A stretch of DNA of 64,000 nucleotides from an uncultured delta proteobacterium (GTDB taxonomy: Bacteria; Myxococcota; Myxococcia; Myxococcales; Myxococcaceae), in the NCBI GenBank assembly GCA_963796055.1, contig CAWCKH010000004.1, positions 1,472,001 through 1,536,000 of the forward strand, in the 5' to 3' direction. Positions 21,131 through 31,366 of this stretch are shown one piece after another (the stretch's first letter is position 1; every line of letters begins with the position of its first letter). The translations under genes were made by a program, and so were the position numbers. Below the pieces are notes generated by a model, which had not been told where the DNA came from, searched no databases, and saw only the letters and a list, made by a program, of their open reading frames with translations.

Positions 21131-21400
21131 ATGGAGGAAGTCGTCTGGCTGCGCAGACAGTCGACACGCCGCGGGTGGGTGCCGTCCACCCCGAGGGACG
21201 TTCGGGAACCGGAAGCTAGAGCTCCCTGCCGAACTGCGACCTGCCTGCCCGGCGCCTACTGCCTCGCCGACGCAGGCCCGCTCTCGTGCATTCCGGCGAA
21301 GCCGTTCGATGCTGCGTGCACCCGGGACGTGGAGTGCATCTCCCTCGTGTGCGAGCCGGGCGCCGATGGGGGCCGGTGCATTCCCCGGCCGTGCCTCTGA
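21131..21400 (+). CDS. Small Cys-rich ORF or gene remnant
   Basis: 9 Cys in the last ~57 aa (CRTATCLPGAYC...SCIPAKPFDAACTRDVECISLVC...GRCIPRPC); no signal peptide. Confidence 0.4.
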   Translation: MEEVVWLRRQSTRRGWVPSTPRDVREPEARAPCRTATCLPGAYCLADAGPLSCIPAKPFDAACTRDVECISLVCEPGADGGRCIPRPCL

Positions 21401-21403
21401 TGC

Positions 21404-23490
21404 TCAGGACTTCCGGAGCAGCAGCCCCTCGGCGAAGAAGGCCATCGCCGCGGTGACCACCAGCCAGGTCCAGATCGGCACGCGGCGGTCGGTGGTCCCG
21501 CCCGGGCCGCGTACCGCCTCCTCGCCGAAGTACGCCTGGAGCTGCGCCTCGTCGAGCCGGGTGAGGTCGCTGTCGGCCGGATCCAGCGTCGCCGCGAACT
21601 GCGATCCGGGCAGCAGCTGCCCCCCGGCGTCGAACGTCTTGTACAGCCCCGGCTCGGGCAACGGGCCGACCGTCAGGCTGTGGTCCGCCTCGGTGCGTAC
21701 CGGCACTGCCGGTCCAGATGGCGCCCGGACCGCGGTCACCTGCGCCTGCGGATCGGGCCGCAGGGTCACCGTCTGACCCACGCGGCCGGCGAGCGTCTCG
21801 CGCTCGTCCAGGGCTCCGGCGAGCCACGCCGCCGCCCGCTGCATCAGCGGCAGGTAGCTGGTCCGGATGGCGAAGTCGCTCCAGTCGCGGTCGAGGGTGC
21901 TGGTGAAGAGCAGCACCCGGCCACGTCCGCGGCGCGCAGTGATGAACGCCGGAGCGCCGTCGTCGTACGCCGCCAGGACCTCGGAGCCGTCCGACTTCGC
22001 ACCCCCCTCGACCAGCATGTACCGCTGGAACCGCGCGCCCATGAGCCCCTCGCGCCCGCGCCCGGAGAACGGGGCGAACAGCGGGTCGCCCCAGTGGACG
22101 TCGCCGAGCTTGGCCCATCGTCCATCGCCCGCGCCGGCCTCCGAGCCCGCTGCCTTCACCAGGCGCAGCGGCCGGGGGAGCAGCTCGCCCATCCGTGCGG
22201 TCCAGGCCTCGGGCTCGACCTTGTCCCCCATGGAGAGGAGGAGGCCGCCTCCCCGCTCGACGAAGGCCTTCAGCCGGGCCGCCTCCTCGGTCGACGGCGC
22301 CAGCACGTTGGCCAGCACCACCACGTCGTAGCCCTCCAGTGACTCTCGCAATCCGGCCGACGCGTCCTTCACCACCGGGCGGATGGGCGAGCTGGGAGCG
22401 CTCAGCGCCGCCTCGAGGAAGAAGACCTCGTCCCGGTAGCGCACCGGGCTCGGCGAACCGTCCACCACCAGCGCCCGGAGCTCGCGCGGCACCTGCACCA
22501 CGAAGTCGCGCCGGTCGTCCTCGGACAGTCCATCCGGCGAGAGCGTGACCGCCCCCGCGACGGGTCCGCCCACCTCCGAGCGCACGGTGAGCGTCTTCTG
22601 CGCCGTGCCTCCGGGAGTGAGCGCGAGGAACGTCTTCCCCACCATCCGCCCGCCGAGCTCCACCGTGGCCTGGATCTCCTTGGCCGGGGCGTCGGACACG
22701 TTCCGCACCGTGAAGCTGACCTGGATGGCCCGGGCCCCCGCCTGCGGCGCGGGCTCGGCCCTGAGATCGGCGAGGAAGTGGTTGGGGAGCACCTTCCGGC
22801 CCCGCGCCAGGTCGCGCAGCACCATCTCCGGGCGGACCCGCTTGTCGCCCGCTCCGCGGAGGGTCGGCAGCGGGGTCTCCAGCCGGAGCGAGCCCGCGGT
22901 GAAGGCGGAGACGACGATGATCCGCTTGCCGGCGGTGGGGCTCTCCTCCAGCACGCGGGCCGCCACCTCGAAGCAGCGGCCCAGGTCCGAAGTGGACCAC
23001 GCCGGGACCATCCGGTCCAGCGTCTCCCGGGCCTCGCGCCGGTCCAGCCCGGGCGCGGTGGGCGGCGTCACCTCCGGACCGCAGGGGAGGACGGTGACCG
23101 GGTCGTCGGGGCCGAGGGTGGCGATGGCGCTCCGGGCCTCGCTCCGGGCCTTCTCGAACATGCTCTCGGCGTCCACGAAGCGCATCGCCAGCCCGCGGTC
23201 CACCACCACCACCGTCGCCGCCGGCCCCGCCGCCCGGGAGACTGCCGCCCCGGGGCGCCTGAGCTCGGGCCGGGCCAGCGCCAGCGGGATGGAGAGGAGA
23301 ATCAGCGTCCGCAGGGTGTAGAGCACGATGCGCTTGAGCTTCAGACGCGAGGCGGTGCGCCGCTGGCTCCGGAGCACGAAGGCGATCGCCGCGAACGGAT
23401 GCGGCCGCGGCTTCCGCCGGTCGAAGAGATGCACCGCGAGCGGGATGAGCCCGGCCAGCGCCCCGAGCAGCAGCCACGGCTGGCCGAAGG

Positions 23491-23494
<4 letters not shown>
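21404..23494 (-). CDS. BatA/VWA domain membrane protein
   Basis: MTFGQPWLL..IPLAVHL, F.AI.F, LLRTL..LALARP N-terminal double-TM; VWA-like region; GATase-like DVVVLANV..GGGLL; C-terminal TM. Confidence 0.88.
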
Positions 23495-24375
<881 letters not shown>

Positions 24376-24386
24376 GGGAGCTCTTG

Positions 24387-25415
24387 CTAGCCCTTCACCA
24401 GCTCCAGCAGCTGCTGGACGATTCGCACGCTGGTGATCCCCTCGCTCTCGGCGGCGAAGTTGGGCAGCACCCGGTGGCGCAGGACGGGCAGGGCGAGCGC
24501 GCGCACGTCCTCGACGGTCGCTGCGAAACGACCCTGGAGCACCGCCCGGGCCTTCGCCGCCACCACCAGGTACTGGCTGGCGCGCGGACCCGCGCCCCAG
24601 TTCACGTGCTTGCGCACCAGCTCGGGAGTGCCAGGCTCCTTCGGCCGGGTCTGCCGCACCAGCTCCACCGCGTAGCGGACGACGTGATCCGGCACCGGGA
24701 CGCGGCGGACCAGTTCTTGAAGGGCGAGGATTTGCTCCGGCGACAGCACCTTGGTGAGCCGCGGGCTGGCTCCCGAGGTGGTGCTCTTGACGATCTGGAA
24801 CTCCTCCTCGGCGGTGGGGTACCCCACGTCGACCAGGAACATGAACCGGTCGAGCTGCGCCTCGGGCAGTGGGTAGGTGCCCTCCTGCTCGATGGGATTC
24901 TGGGTGGCGAAGACCAGGAAGGGCAGGTCCAAGGGATAGGTCTCACCTCCCGCGGTCACCCGGTATTCCTGCATCGCCTGGAGCAGCGCCGCCTGGGTCT
25001 TGGGCGGAGTCCGGTTCACCTCGTCGGCGAGGATGATGTTGGCGAACAGCGGGCCCCGGACGAACCGAAAATCGCGGTGGCCGGTCGCCCGGTCCTCCTC
25101 GAGGATGTCCGTCCCGGTGATGTCCGAGGGCATCAGGTCCGGGGTGAACTGCACGCGGTTGAAGGTGAGGTTCAGCACCTCGGCCAGGGTGGAGATGAGC
25201 AGCGTCTTGGCCAGCCCGGGCACGCCGACGAAGAGGCAGTGCCCCCGGGAGAAGAGGGCGATCAGGAGGTGCTCCACCACCTCCCGCTGACCGACCACCC
25301 GCTTCTCGATCTGCTCGACGATGGCGGTGCGCGCGCGGGCGAGCGCCTCCACTGCCCGCAGATCGGCGCCGGGCTCCACGGCAGTCAGAGGAGTCGAGGT
25401 CATGGGAGAGGTCAT
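24387..25415 (-). CDS. moxR: MoxR family AAA+ ATPase
   Basis: GVPGLAKT, RVQFTPDLMPSDITG, LADEVNRTPPKTQAALL, ATQNPIEQEGTYPLPEAQLDRF; ATG overlaps the upstream stop. Confidence 0.95.
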   Translation of the reverse strand: MTSPMTSTPLTAVEPGADLRAVEALARARTAIVEQIEKRVVGQREVVEHLLIALFSRGHCLFVGVPGLAKTLLISTLAEVLNLTFNRVQFTPDLMPSDITGTDILEEDRATGHRDFRFVRGPLFANIILADEVNRTPPKTQAALLQAMQEYRVTAGGETYPLDLPFLVFATQNPIEQEGTYPLPEAQLDRFMFLVDVGYPTAEEEFQIVKSTTSGASPRLTKVLSPEQILALQELVRRVPVPDHVVRYAVELVRQTRPKEPGTPELVRKHVNWGAGPRASQYLVVAAKARAVLQGRFAATVEDVRALALPVLRHRVLPNFAAESEGITSVRIVQQLLELVKG

Positions 25416-27157
25416 AGCCGTTCGGTGGCCGTGGGTTCGGACGCTTTGGCAGACTTCTTGGAGGGCGCCCGGGGTGGGCGGGGAGGCTCGGCCGGGCCCC
25501 GGGGGAGCGCGACGTCGGAGAGGTCGGATTGCGGACCGGGCAGCCGGGCCAGCAGCTCGGGGAGACGATCGGGCGGGACGCCGGTCAGGATGGTGGAAGC
25601 GCTCCGGGCGCGGTCGGCGAGCGGCCTGTCGCCGAGCGACTCGGCCGACTTGAGCAGCGCGAGGTGAATCTCCGGGTCGAACGGGTCCTGCGCCATCGCC
25701 GCCCGGTACGCCGAGCGCGCCTCGGCCCACTCGCCGCGGCTGAGGTAGATGCGGCCGAGGTGGACCTGGGTGGAGGCGAAGCCCGGGTGCGCCTCCAGCG
25801 AGGACAGCAGCACCTTCTCTGCCTCGTCCAGCCGCTTCACCGCCATCAGCGCCAGCGCGTACTTGTTGGAGATGGTTTCGTAGGCGTTGCCCACCAGGGC
25901 ATGCGCCTTCCCGTACTCCTCGGCGGCGGCCACGAAGCGCCCTCGCTCGCGGAACAGCTCGCCCAGGTGTGCCCAGCGCCGGGCCGCCGGATTCTCCACC
26001 TCGTCGAAGTCGCCAAAGGAGATCTCCCGCCCCTTCTTGCCCTCCTCGGGCGGGGTGTTCTTTCCCTTGAGGATGGGTCGCTCCGCTGTGGCCGGGGCCC
26101 GGGTCGCCGGGGTGGGCTGTGCCCGGAGGTACGCCATCCACCCCTTCTCGAACGCGCCGAACGGCCTCCCGGTGGCCTTCTCCACCGCCTGCTGGTCGGT
26201 GGCGCCAGTGCCCATCGCCTCGACGATGGTGCGCAGCGCCCTCATCCCGTGCTCCTTGTGGAGGTACTCGGCGGCGAAGAACACCTCGGCGAAGGCGGTG
26301 GCCGCGTCCTTCCAGGTGGGGAGCTTTGCCATCGAGGGATGCATCCTGGCGAATGGGATGAGGTCGTTCTTCTGCACCCGCTCGGCGAGCAGGGTGCGCG
26401 AGGACGGCGGGAGCGCCTTGCCCGCCGGACCGCGCCAGCGCGACTCGAGGTACTTGGCCAGCGCCTCCTGGAGCCAGATGGGCACCGAGTTGTGCCCGGT
26501 CTGCGTGACGACCAGGTGGGTGTACTCGTGGGCCAGGGTGTCCAGCCAGTCGTAGCCGCGCAGCACCGCCTTGGGGGAGGTCACCATCAGCTTGTTGAAC
26601 TTGCAGATGGCAATGGTGCCGGTCTGGTCGATCTCCCGCTGGGAGAGGGTCGAGACCCGGGCCAGCTCCGAGGCATCGTTCACCACCTCCACCCGCACCT
26701 TGCCCGGCGGAGCGTGCCCGAGGTCCTTCTCCAGCGCCGCCCGCTGCGCCTCGAGCGCCTCCAGCGCGTACGGGGCGAGCACCGCGTCCTTGCCCTTCGG
26801 GTAGAGGAAGACGAAGTGCTCGCTCTCCGCCCGCTCGTGGTCGCGGGTGATGACCAGCGTGTCGCGGGCCAGCCGGAGGTAGCTCCCCGGCCGGTCCTCC
26901 ACCCCGGCCAGCTCGAGCGCCGAGACCGCCTCTGCGTAGCGCCCCTCGCCGAAGGCGACCCGGCCGGTGAAGAAGTCCACCGACTCGTTCTGCTGGCTGC
27001 CCTGCTTAAGGCGCTCGAGCTCCGCGCGGGCGCCGACGTAGTCCTCCTGGTCGAGCAGCTCCTCCAGGGCTCGCACCCGGGCGCGGACGTCCGCGGGCGG
27101 GGCGGCCCAGGCCAGCCAAGACACCAAGATGCAGGCCAGGGCGGAGGCGCGCCTCAC
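25412..27157 (-). CDS. Secreted TPR-repeat protein with a peptidase MA-clan (gluzincin) domain
   Basis: Signal peptide; LAHEYTH...WLQEALA; TPR repeats at both ends. Confidence 0.82.
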   Translation of the reverse strand: MRRASALACILVSWLAWAAPPADVRARVRALEELLDQEDYVGARAELERLKQGSQQNESVDFFTGRVAFGEGRYAEAVSALELAGVEDRPGSYLRLARDTLVITRDHERAESEHFVFLYPKGKDAVLAPYALEALEAQRAALEKDLGHAPPGKVRVEVVNDASELARVSTLSQREIDQTGTIAICKFNKLMVTSPKAVLRGYDWLDTLAHEYTHLVVTQTGHNSVPIWLQEALAKYLESRWRGPAGKALPPSSRTLLAERVQKNDLIPFARMHPSMAKLPTWKDAATAFAEVFFAAEYLHKEHGMRALRTIVEAMGTGATDQQAVEKATGRPFGAFEKGWMAYLRAQPTPATRAPATAERPILKGKNTPPEEGKKGREISFGDFDEVENPAARRWAHLGELFRERGRFVAAAEEYGKAHALVGNAYETISNKYALALMAVKRLDEAEKVLLSSLEAHPGFASTQVHLGRIYLSRGEWAEARSAYRAAMAQDPFDPEIHLALLKSAESLGDRPLADRARSASTILTGVPPDRLPELLARLPGPQSDLSDVALPRGPAEPPRPPRAPSKKSAKASEPTATERL

Positions 27158-30100
27158 TTCACCAGCTCCTCGTAGTACTGCTTCACCTGGTCTCGGTATC
27201 GCTCCGGCGTGCCCTGTTTCATCGCATCCAGGAGGTCCTTCCGGAACTCGCGCGGGGCCCCGTTGGGGTCGGCGTCGGGAACCTCGACCGTCTGACGGCT
27301 GAGCTCGTTCCCGCCTTCCTGCTCCCCGCCGGCGAGCAGCGGCAGCGGGAGCCCGCCCTTGCCGCCTCCGCGCTGGCTCTGCTGCATCGACTGCTGGAGC
27401 TGCTCCAGCGAGTCCAGAGCCGCCTTCTGCTCTCCGTAGCCCCGCTGAGGGTCCTTGCCCTCCAGCCGCTCGGTGGCTCCGGCCATCCGGTCGGAGATCT
27501 GCCGCATCGCCTCCTCACCCTGCTCGCCGAAGAGCGGCGCCATCTGCTCGAGCTGGCGCATCTTCTGCTGGAGGTCAGACGCTCGCTGCCCGAGCTTGCG
27601 CTGCCCCTGCGAGAGCTCTTGCAGCTTCTGCCGGTCGGCCTGGCCGAGCTGGGAGGAGAGCGGGGGGAAGAGCTGGTCCAGCTTCTTCCGGATGTCCCGC
27701 ACGGTCTCCGCGTCCTTCTCCAGCCGCTGGGCGAGCTTGCGCGACTTCTCGCGGACGTCGGGCGGGTTCTGGTACGCCTCGTCCAGCGCGCGCTGCTGCT
27801 CGCCGGCGCGCGAGAGCTCCTCGGACTGGCGCACCGCCCGCTGCGCCGCCTCGGCCGCGAGGTCGAAGTCCTCGGACTTCAGCGCGGACTTGAGATCCTC
27901 CAGCTCGGACTTGGCCTGCTCCAGCGGCAGGTCCGCCCGCGGGCTCAGGTCGTTGGGCCCCACCCGCTGGTAGTCCTGCGCCACCTGGTCGGCCTTCTTC
28001 TGGAGCGTCTCCTTGAGCCCGGCCGCCGCCTGCTTCATCCGCTGGCGCATCTGCTCGCGGTAGCGGTCGCGCACCTGACGGGTCTGCTCGGCCAGCTGCT
28101 TCTGCTCCTCGGTGGTGGACTTGAGCGCGTCGCTGAACTCGCGGTAGCGCTTCACCAGCTCCGGGTTGGCGCGGCCGCCCATGCTCTCGGCGCTCTCGTC
28201 GAGCCGCTTCTGCAGCTCGCTCATCTGGGCCTGGAGCTGCTGGAGCCTGGCCAGCGCCTCCTCGGTCTTGCCCTCCTTGAGGAGCTTCTCGATGTCGTCC
28301 AGGCCGCTCTGCATGTCCTGCTGCCGGGCCATCTCCTTGAGCGCCTCGAGGTTGTAGTGCTCGTCCCGGATGCTCTTCTGGAGCTCGGCCATCCGCCGGG
28401 CCAGCTCGTCCACCCGCTTCCGGAGCGCGGCGACTTGCCGGAGGATCTTTTCCTGCAATCCGGGGTCCCGGGTGCTCTGGAACTGCTCGATGAGCTTCGC
28501 CAGCTCCCGCTGCTCGCGGGCCATCTGGGCGGCCAGATCGCGGAGCTCCTCCAGCCGCTGCTGGTCGAGCAGCGTCTCCAGATAGAGCGCGTCCTTCTCC
28601 AGGGCGGAGATCTCCTCCTGGGCCACCCGCGTCAGCCGCCCGTCCATGTCCAGCTCGGCGCGCCGTCCCATCAGGCGGAGCCAGAGCTTGCGCGAGTCGG
28701 CGGTGGTGCGGACGCGGGCTCCGACGTCCTGGCCGACGTGTTGCAGCGCTGCGACCAGCGCCTCGTTGCGGTCGCGCTCATGGGCCAGCGCCCGGCCGGT
28801 GCTCAGGATGTCGCCGGCGAGCGCCAGGCCCGAGGCGTCCACCGGCTCCTGCGCGCGCACCTTGTCCTCGCTCTTGCGGGGGTCGCGGTCCGGACCTTCC
28901 ATGCGCGTGGCGAGGTGCGCCAGGAGGCGCTCCCAGAGCTCGGCAGCTCGCCGCAGCGCCTCCCGGCGGTGCTCGGCGGCGCTGTAGACCACCAGGGTCT
29001 GCTGACGGCTGGTGCCCTTCTGCGGGCCGTCCACCGCGTCGTTGTCCATCGCCTCCACCGCGTAGGTCACCCGGTCCCCCGCGGCGAGATTCAGGGTCGA
29101 GAGTGGCCAGCGATACTGCCCGGCGCTCTTTCGCCCGTCGTCGTGGGCCAGCTTCTGGCGGTGGCTCTGCCCGTCGGCTCCGGTCCACACCAGGGCCAGG
29201 TCCGAGAGCCCGTAATCGTCCGAGGCCTCCCAGCGGAGCAGCACCTCCTGCTCCGGGTCGACCTCCAGCTCCGAGCCAGGCAACAGGATCGAGACCTGCG
29301 GCGGAACGTCCGGCTCCACGGTGAGGGGGAAGTCCGGGCCACGGGCCACCTCGCGGCCGCTCCGACCGGTGAGGACGATGGCGTAGGTGGCGGTGGACTC
29401 GAGCACCAGGCTGCCGCTCAGGTCCCGGCCGTGCTCGACGCGCAGCGGGACGACGGTGCCGCTGTTCACCACCAGCTGGGCGCCGGTGACGGTGCGGTCG
29501 GCGCGAGTGCGGAGCTGGAGCACCGTGCCCTTCGGTCCGGCGAGGTCGCCGGTGCTGGTGACGGTGCGGGGCGCCAGCCCGGTGTAGGCCGGATACTGGT
29601 AGAGCACCTCGAGCTCGCCGGTGACGGGCTCGCGCAGGCTCTGCGCTCCGGATGTCGCCGCGGGCCGCAGCGCGAGCAGCACGGCGCGCATCCGGTCCGG
29701 CCAGACCGCGGTGACGACCGCCAGGGTGGCCAGCGCGGCGAGCGCGACGAAGCCGGCCCGGCGGACCGCCCCCCGGTCGACCACGGCCTGCGCATCGAGC
29801 TGGGCCGTCCGCGCATCCACCGAGCGGAGGTGGGCGAGCGCCAGCTCGGTGGAGAAGGACGGATCGTGCGCCAGCGCCCGGCGGAGCTCGAGCGCGGCGA
29901 GCAGGTCGAGGGAGACGCCAGGCATCCGGGCTGCCACCAGCCGCGCGGTGCGGAACGGATTGCCCGCGGCGCGCGTCCAGTGACGCCAGATGCGCTCGGC
30001 CACCAGCGCGAGCGCCACCAGAACCGTCGCTCCGATGAGGCAGCGCACCCCCCGCGGCCAGGTCCTGGCCAGCAGGCCCGCCAGGACCACCCCGAAGCCC

Positions 30101-30297
30101 AGGCTGGCCGCGCCGAGGAGCGCCACCTCGAGGGCGACCGCCCGGGCCTGCCGGTGCCGCACTGCGTTCAGAAAACGCTCGACGGCCGCGCCCGCCGCTG
30201 CGTCCGGCAACGGGGGAGGGGCGGAGTCGGTCTCCGGGGCGGAGTGCAGCAGATTCACGGCAGAATCGGAGGGCGCGCGAGCGGCGCCGGGCGACAA
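27154..30297 (-). CDS. DUF4175 family membrane-anchored coiled-coil protein
   Basis: N-terminal TMs, YQYPAYTG, SDDYGL, EAMDNDAVDGP, long Gln/Glu coiled coil, C-terminal PERYRDQVKQYYEEL; start could be GTG ~30258. Confidence 0.85.
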   Translation of the reverse strand: MSPGAARAPSDSAVNLLHSAPETDSAPPPLPDAAAGAAVERFLNAVRHRQARAVALEVALLGAASLGFGVVLAGLLARTWPRGVRCLIGATVLVALALVAERIWRHWTRAAGNPFRTARLVAARMPGVSLDLLAALELRRALAHDPSFSTELALAHLRSVDARTAQLDAQAVVDRGAVRRAGFVALAALATLAVVTAVWPDRMRAVLLALRPAATSGAQSLREPVTGELEVLYQYPAYTGLAPRTVTSTGDLAGPKGTVLQLRTRADRTVTGAQLVVNSGTVVPLRVEHGRDLSGSLVLESTATYAIVLTGRSGREVARGPDFPLTVEPDVPPQVSILLPGSELEVDPEQEVLLRWEASDDYGLSDLALVWTGADGQSHRQKLAHDDGRKSAGQYRWPLSTLNLAAGDRVTYAVEAMDNDAVDGPQKGTSRQQTLVVYSAAEHRREALRRAAELWERLLAHLATRMEGPDRDPRKSEDKVRAQEPVDASGLALAGDILSTGRALAHERDRNEALVAALQHVGQDVGARVRTTADSRKLWLRLMGRRAELDMDGRLTRVAQEEISALEKDALYLETLLDQQRLEELRDLAAQMAREQRELAKLIEQFQSTRDPGLQEKILRQVAALRKRVDELARRMAELQKSIRDEHYNLEALKEMARQQDMQSGLDDIEKLLKEGKTEEALARLQQLQAQMSELQKRLDESAESMGGRANPELVKRYREFSDALKSTTEEQKQLAEQTRQVRDRYREQMRQRMKQAAAGLKETLQKKADQVAQDYQRVGPNDLSPRADLPLEQAKSELEDLKSALKSEDFDLAAEAAQRAVRQSEELSRAGEQQRALDEAYQNPPDVREKSRKLAQRLEKDAETVRDIRKKLDQLFPPLSSQLGQADRQKLQELSQGQRKLGQRASDLQQKMRQLEQMAPLFGEQGEEAMRQISDRMAGATERLEGKDPQRGYGEQKAALDSLEQLQQSMQQSQRGGGKGGLPLPLLAGGEQEGGNELSRQTVEVPDADPNGAPREFRKDLLDAMKQGTPERYRDQVKQYYEELVK

Positions 30298-30464
30298 CCC
30301 CGGACCCCGCTCCGTCCTTCCACATGGACACTCCAGAGCATGGCCTGTGCCGGGGTGTCCTGGGAAGTGGTGCGGCCGAGCGGGGTGGCAGCCGCTGAAC
30401 GCGCCCAGAAGACGAGCGGTTCAGTAGCCACGGGTTGGCGGCCCCTCCGGCCGCCCGGGAAGGC

Positions 30465-30863
30465 TCAGGGGTGTGTGCCGGCGGGCCGTGGTCGCGCCTG
30501 GGCCCTGGGGGCGCCGGACCTCGGCCGGGCCGACGCGGGCACGAAGCTGGTCGGGCCAGTCACCGTGAGGTGCGGTCGGAGCCGCTCGAAGCGCTTCTTG
30601 CTGACACCCCGGACCCGCATCACCTCCTCGGGCCGGCTGAAGGGGCGCGCCGCGCGCTCGGCCACCACCGCGGCGGCGACCTTGGGACTGATGCCCGGAA
30701 GCGCGTCGAGCTGGTCCAGGGTGGCAGTGTTCAGGTTCACCACCCCCGTCCCGACCGTCCGCTTCGCCTTCCCGGCCGTGGCCGAGCCGGGAGGCACCGG
30801 GGCGGCACGCGCCCCGCTGGCCGAGAGCACCGCGGCGGCGAGCACCCATCCGCGGCCGTTCAC
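30465..30863 (-). CDS. comEA: ComEA family helix-hairpin-helix DNA-binding protein
   Basis: Signal peptide; VNLNTAT..QLDALPGISPK.A and VRGVSKKRFERLRP HhH motifs. Confidence 0.88.
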   Translation of the reverse strand: MNGRGWVLAAAVLSASGARAAPVPPGSATAGKAKRTVGTGVVNLNTATLDQLDALPGISPKVAAAVVAERAARPFSRPEEVMRVRGVSKKRFERLRPHLTVTGPTSFVPASARPRSGAPRAQARPRPAGTHP

Positions 30864-31090
30864 TGGGCGCCCCCCACCGCGGCCAGCTTGGTCTCGGCCG
30901 TCGCCTCGGCGGCCTCGCGGCGGTCACCCGCCTCGCGCACGTGCAGCTTGCCGTCGAGCGGCAGCACATCGAGGAGCACGTTCAGCGAGCCATCGCGGTT
31001 CACGAACGCCGACCCTGCCCGTACCCAGACCGTTCCACCCTTCCCTTCGCGGATGGAGAACACCGCCAGCCGCTTTCCTGTCGTCAGCAC
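30860..31090 (-). CDS. Conserved-looking small hypothetical protein (76 aa)
   Basis: GGAGGTGGAAG SD before GTG; WVRAGSAFVNRDGSLNVLLDVLPLDGKLHVRE beta-rich core; GTGA overlap with comEA. Confidence 0.8.
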   Translation of the reverse strand: MLTTGKRLAVFSIREGKGGTVWVRAGSAFVNRDGSLNVLLDVLPLDGKLHVREAGDRREAAEATAETKLAAVGGAQ

Positions 31091-31169
31091 CTTCCACCTC
31101 CACGCCCTTGGTCCGGACCGACATGGCCCGGCGTCGGCCCGTCGATGCGGACCGCACGCCGGGGGCCAG

Positions 31170-31185
31170 AGCAGCGGGCGTGCCA
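31170..31185 (-). promoter_or_regulatory. Sigma54 (-24/-12) promoter for the small ORF-comEA unit
   Basis: Minus strand TGGCACGCCCGCTGCT versus consensus TGGCACG-N4-TTGC(A/T); 80 nt upstream of the start. Confidence 0.75.
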
Positions 31186-31366
31186 GGCGGGCTCCGTCGA
31201 GCGCGCACCACCAGCGGTCCGCAGCCCCGGACCGGTCTCCGCCATTCTGGACGGGTGTTCAGTCACGCCGCGCCCGCCTCGGCCCTGGTCCGCTCGCTGC
31301 ACAGGCGGTCGGTCGTCGGCGAGGCGCGGGGTAGGGTCCGGCCTCCCTGCGGAGACCAGGACACCG

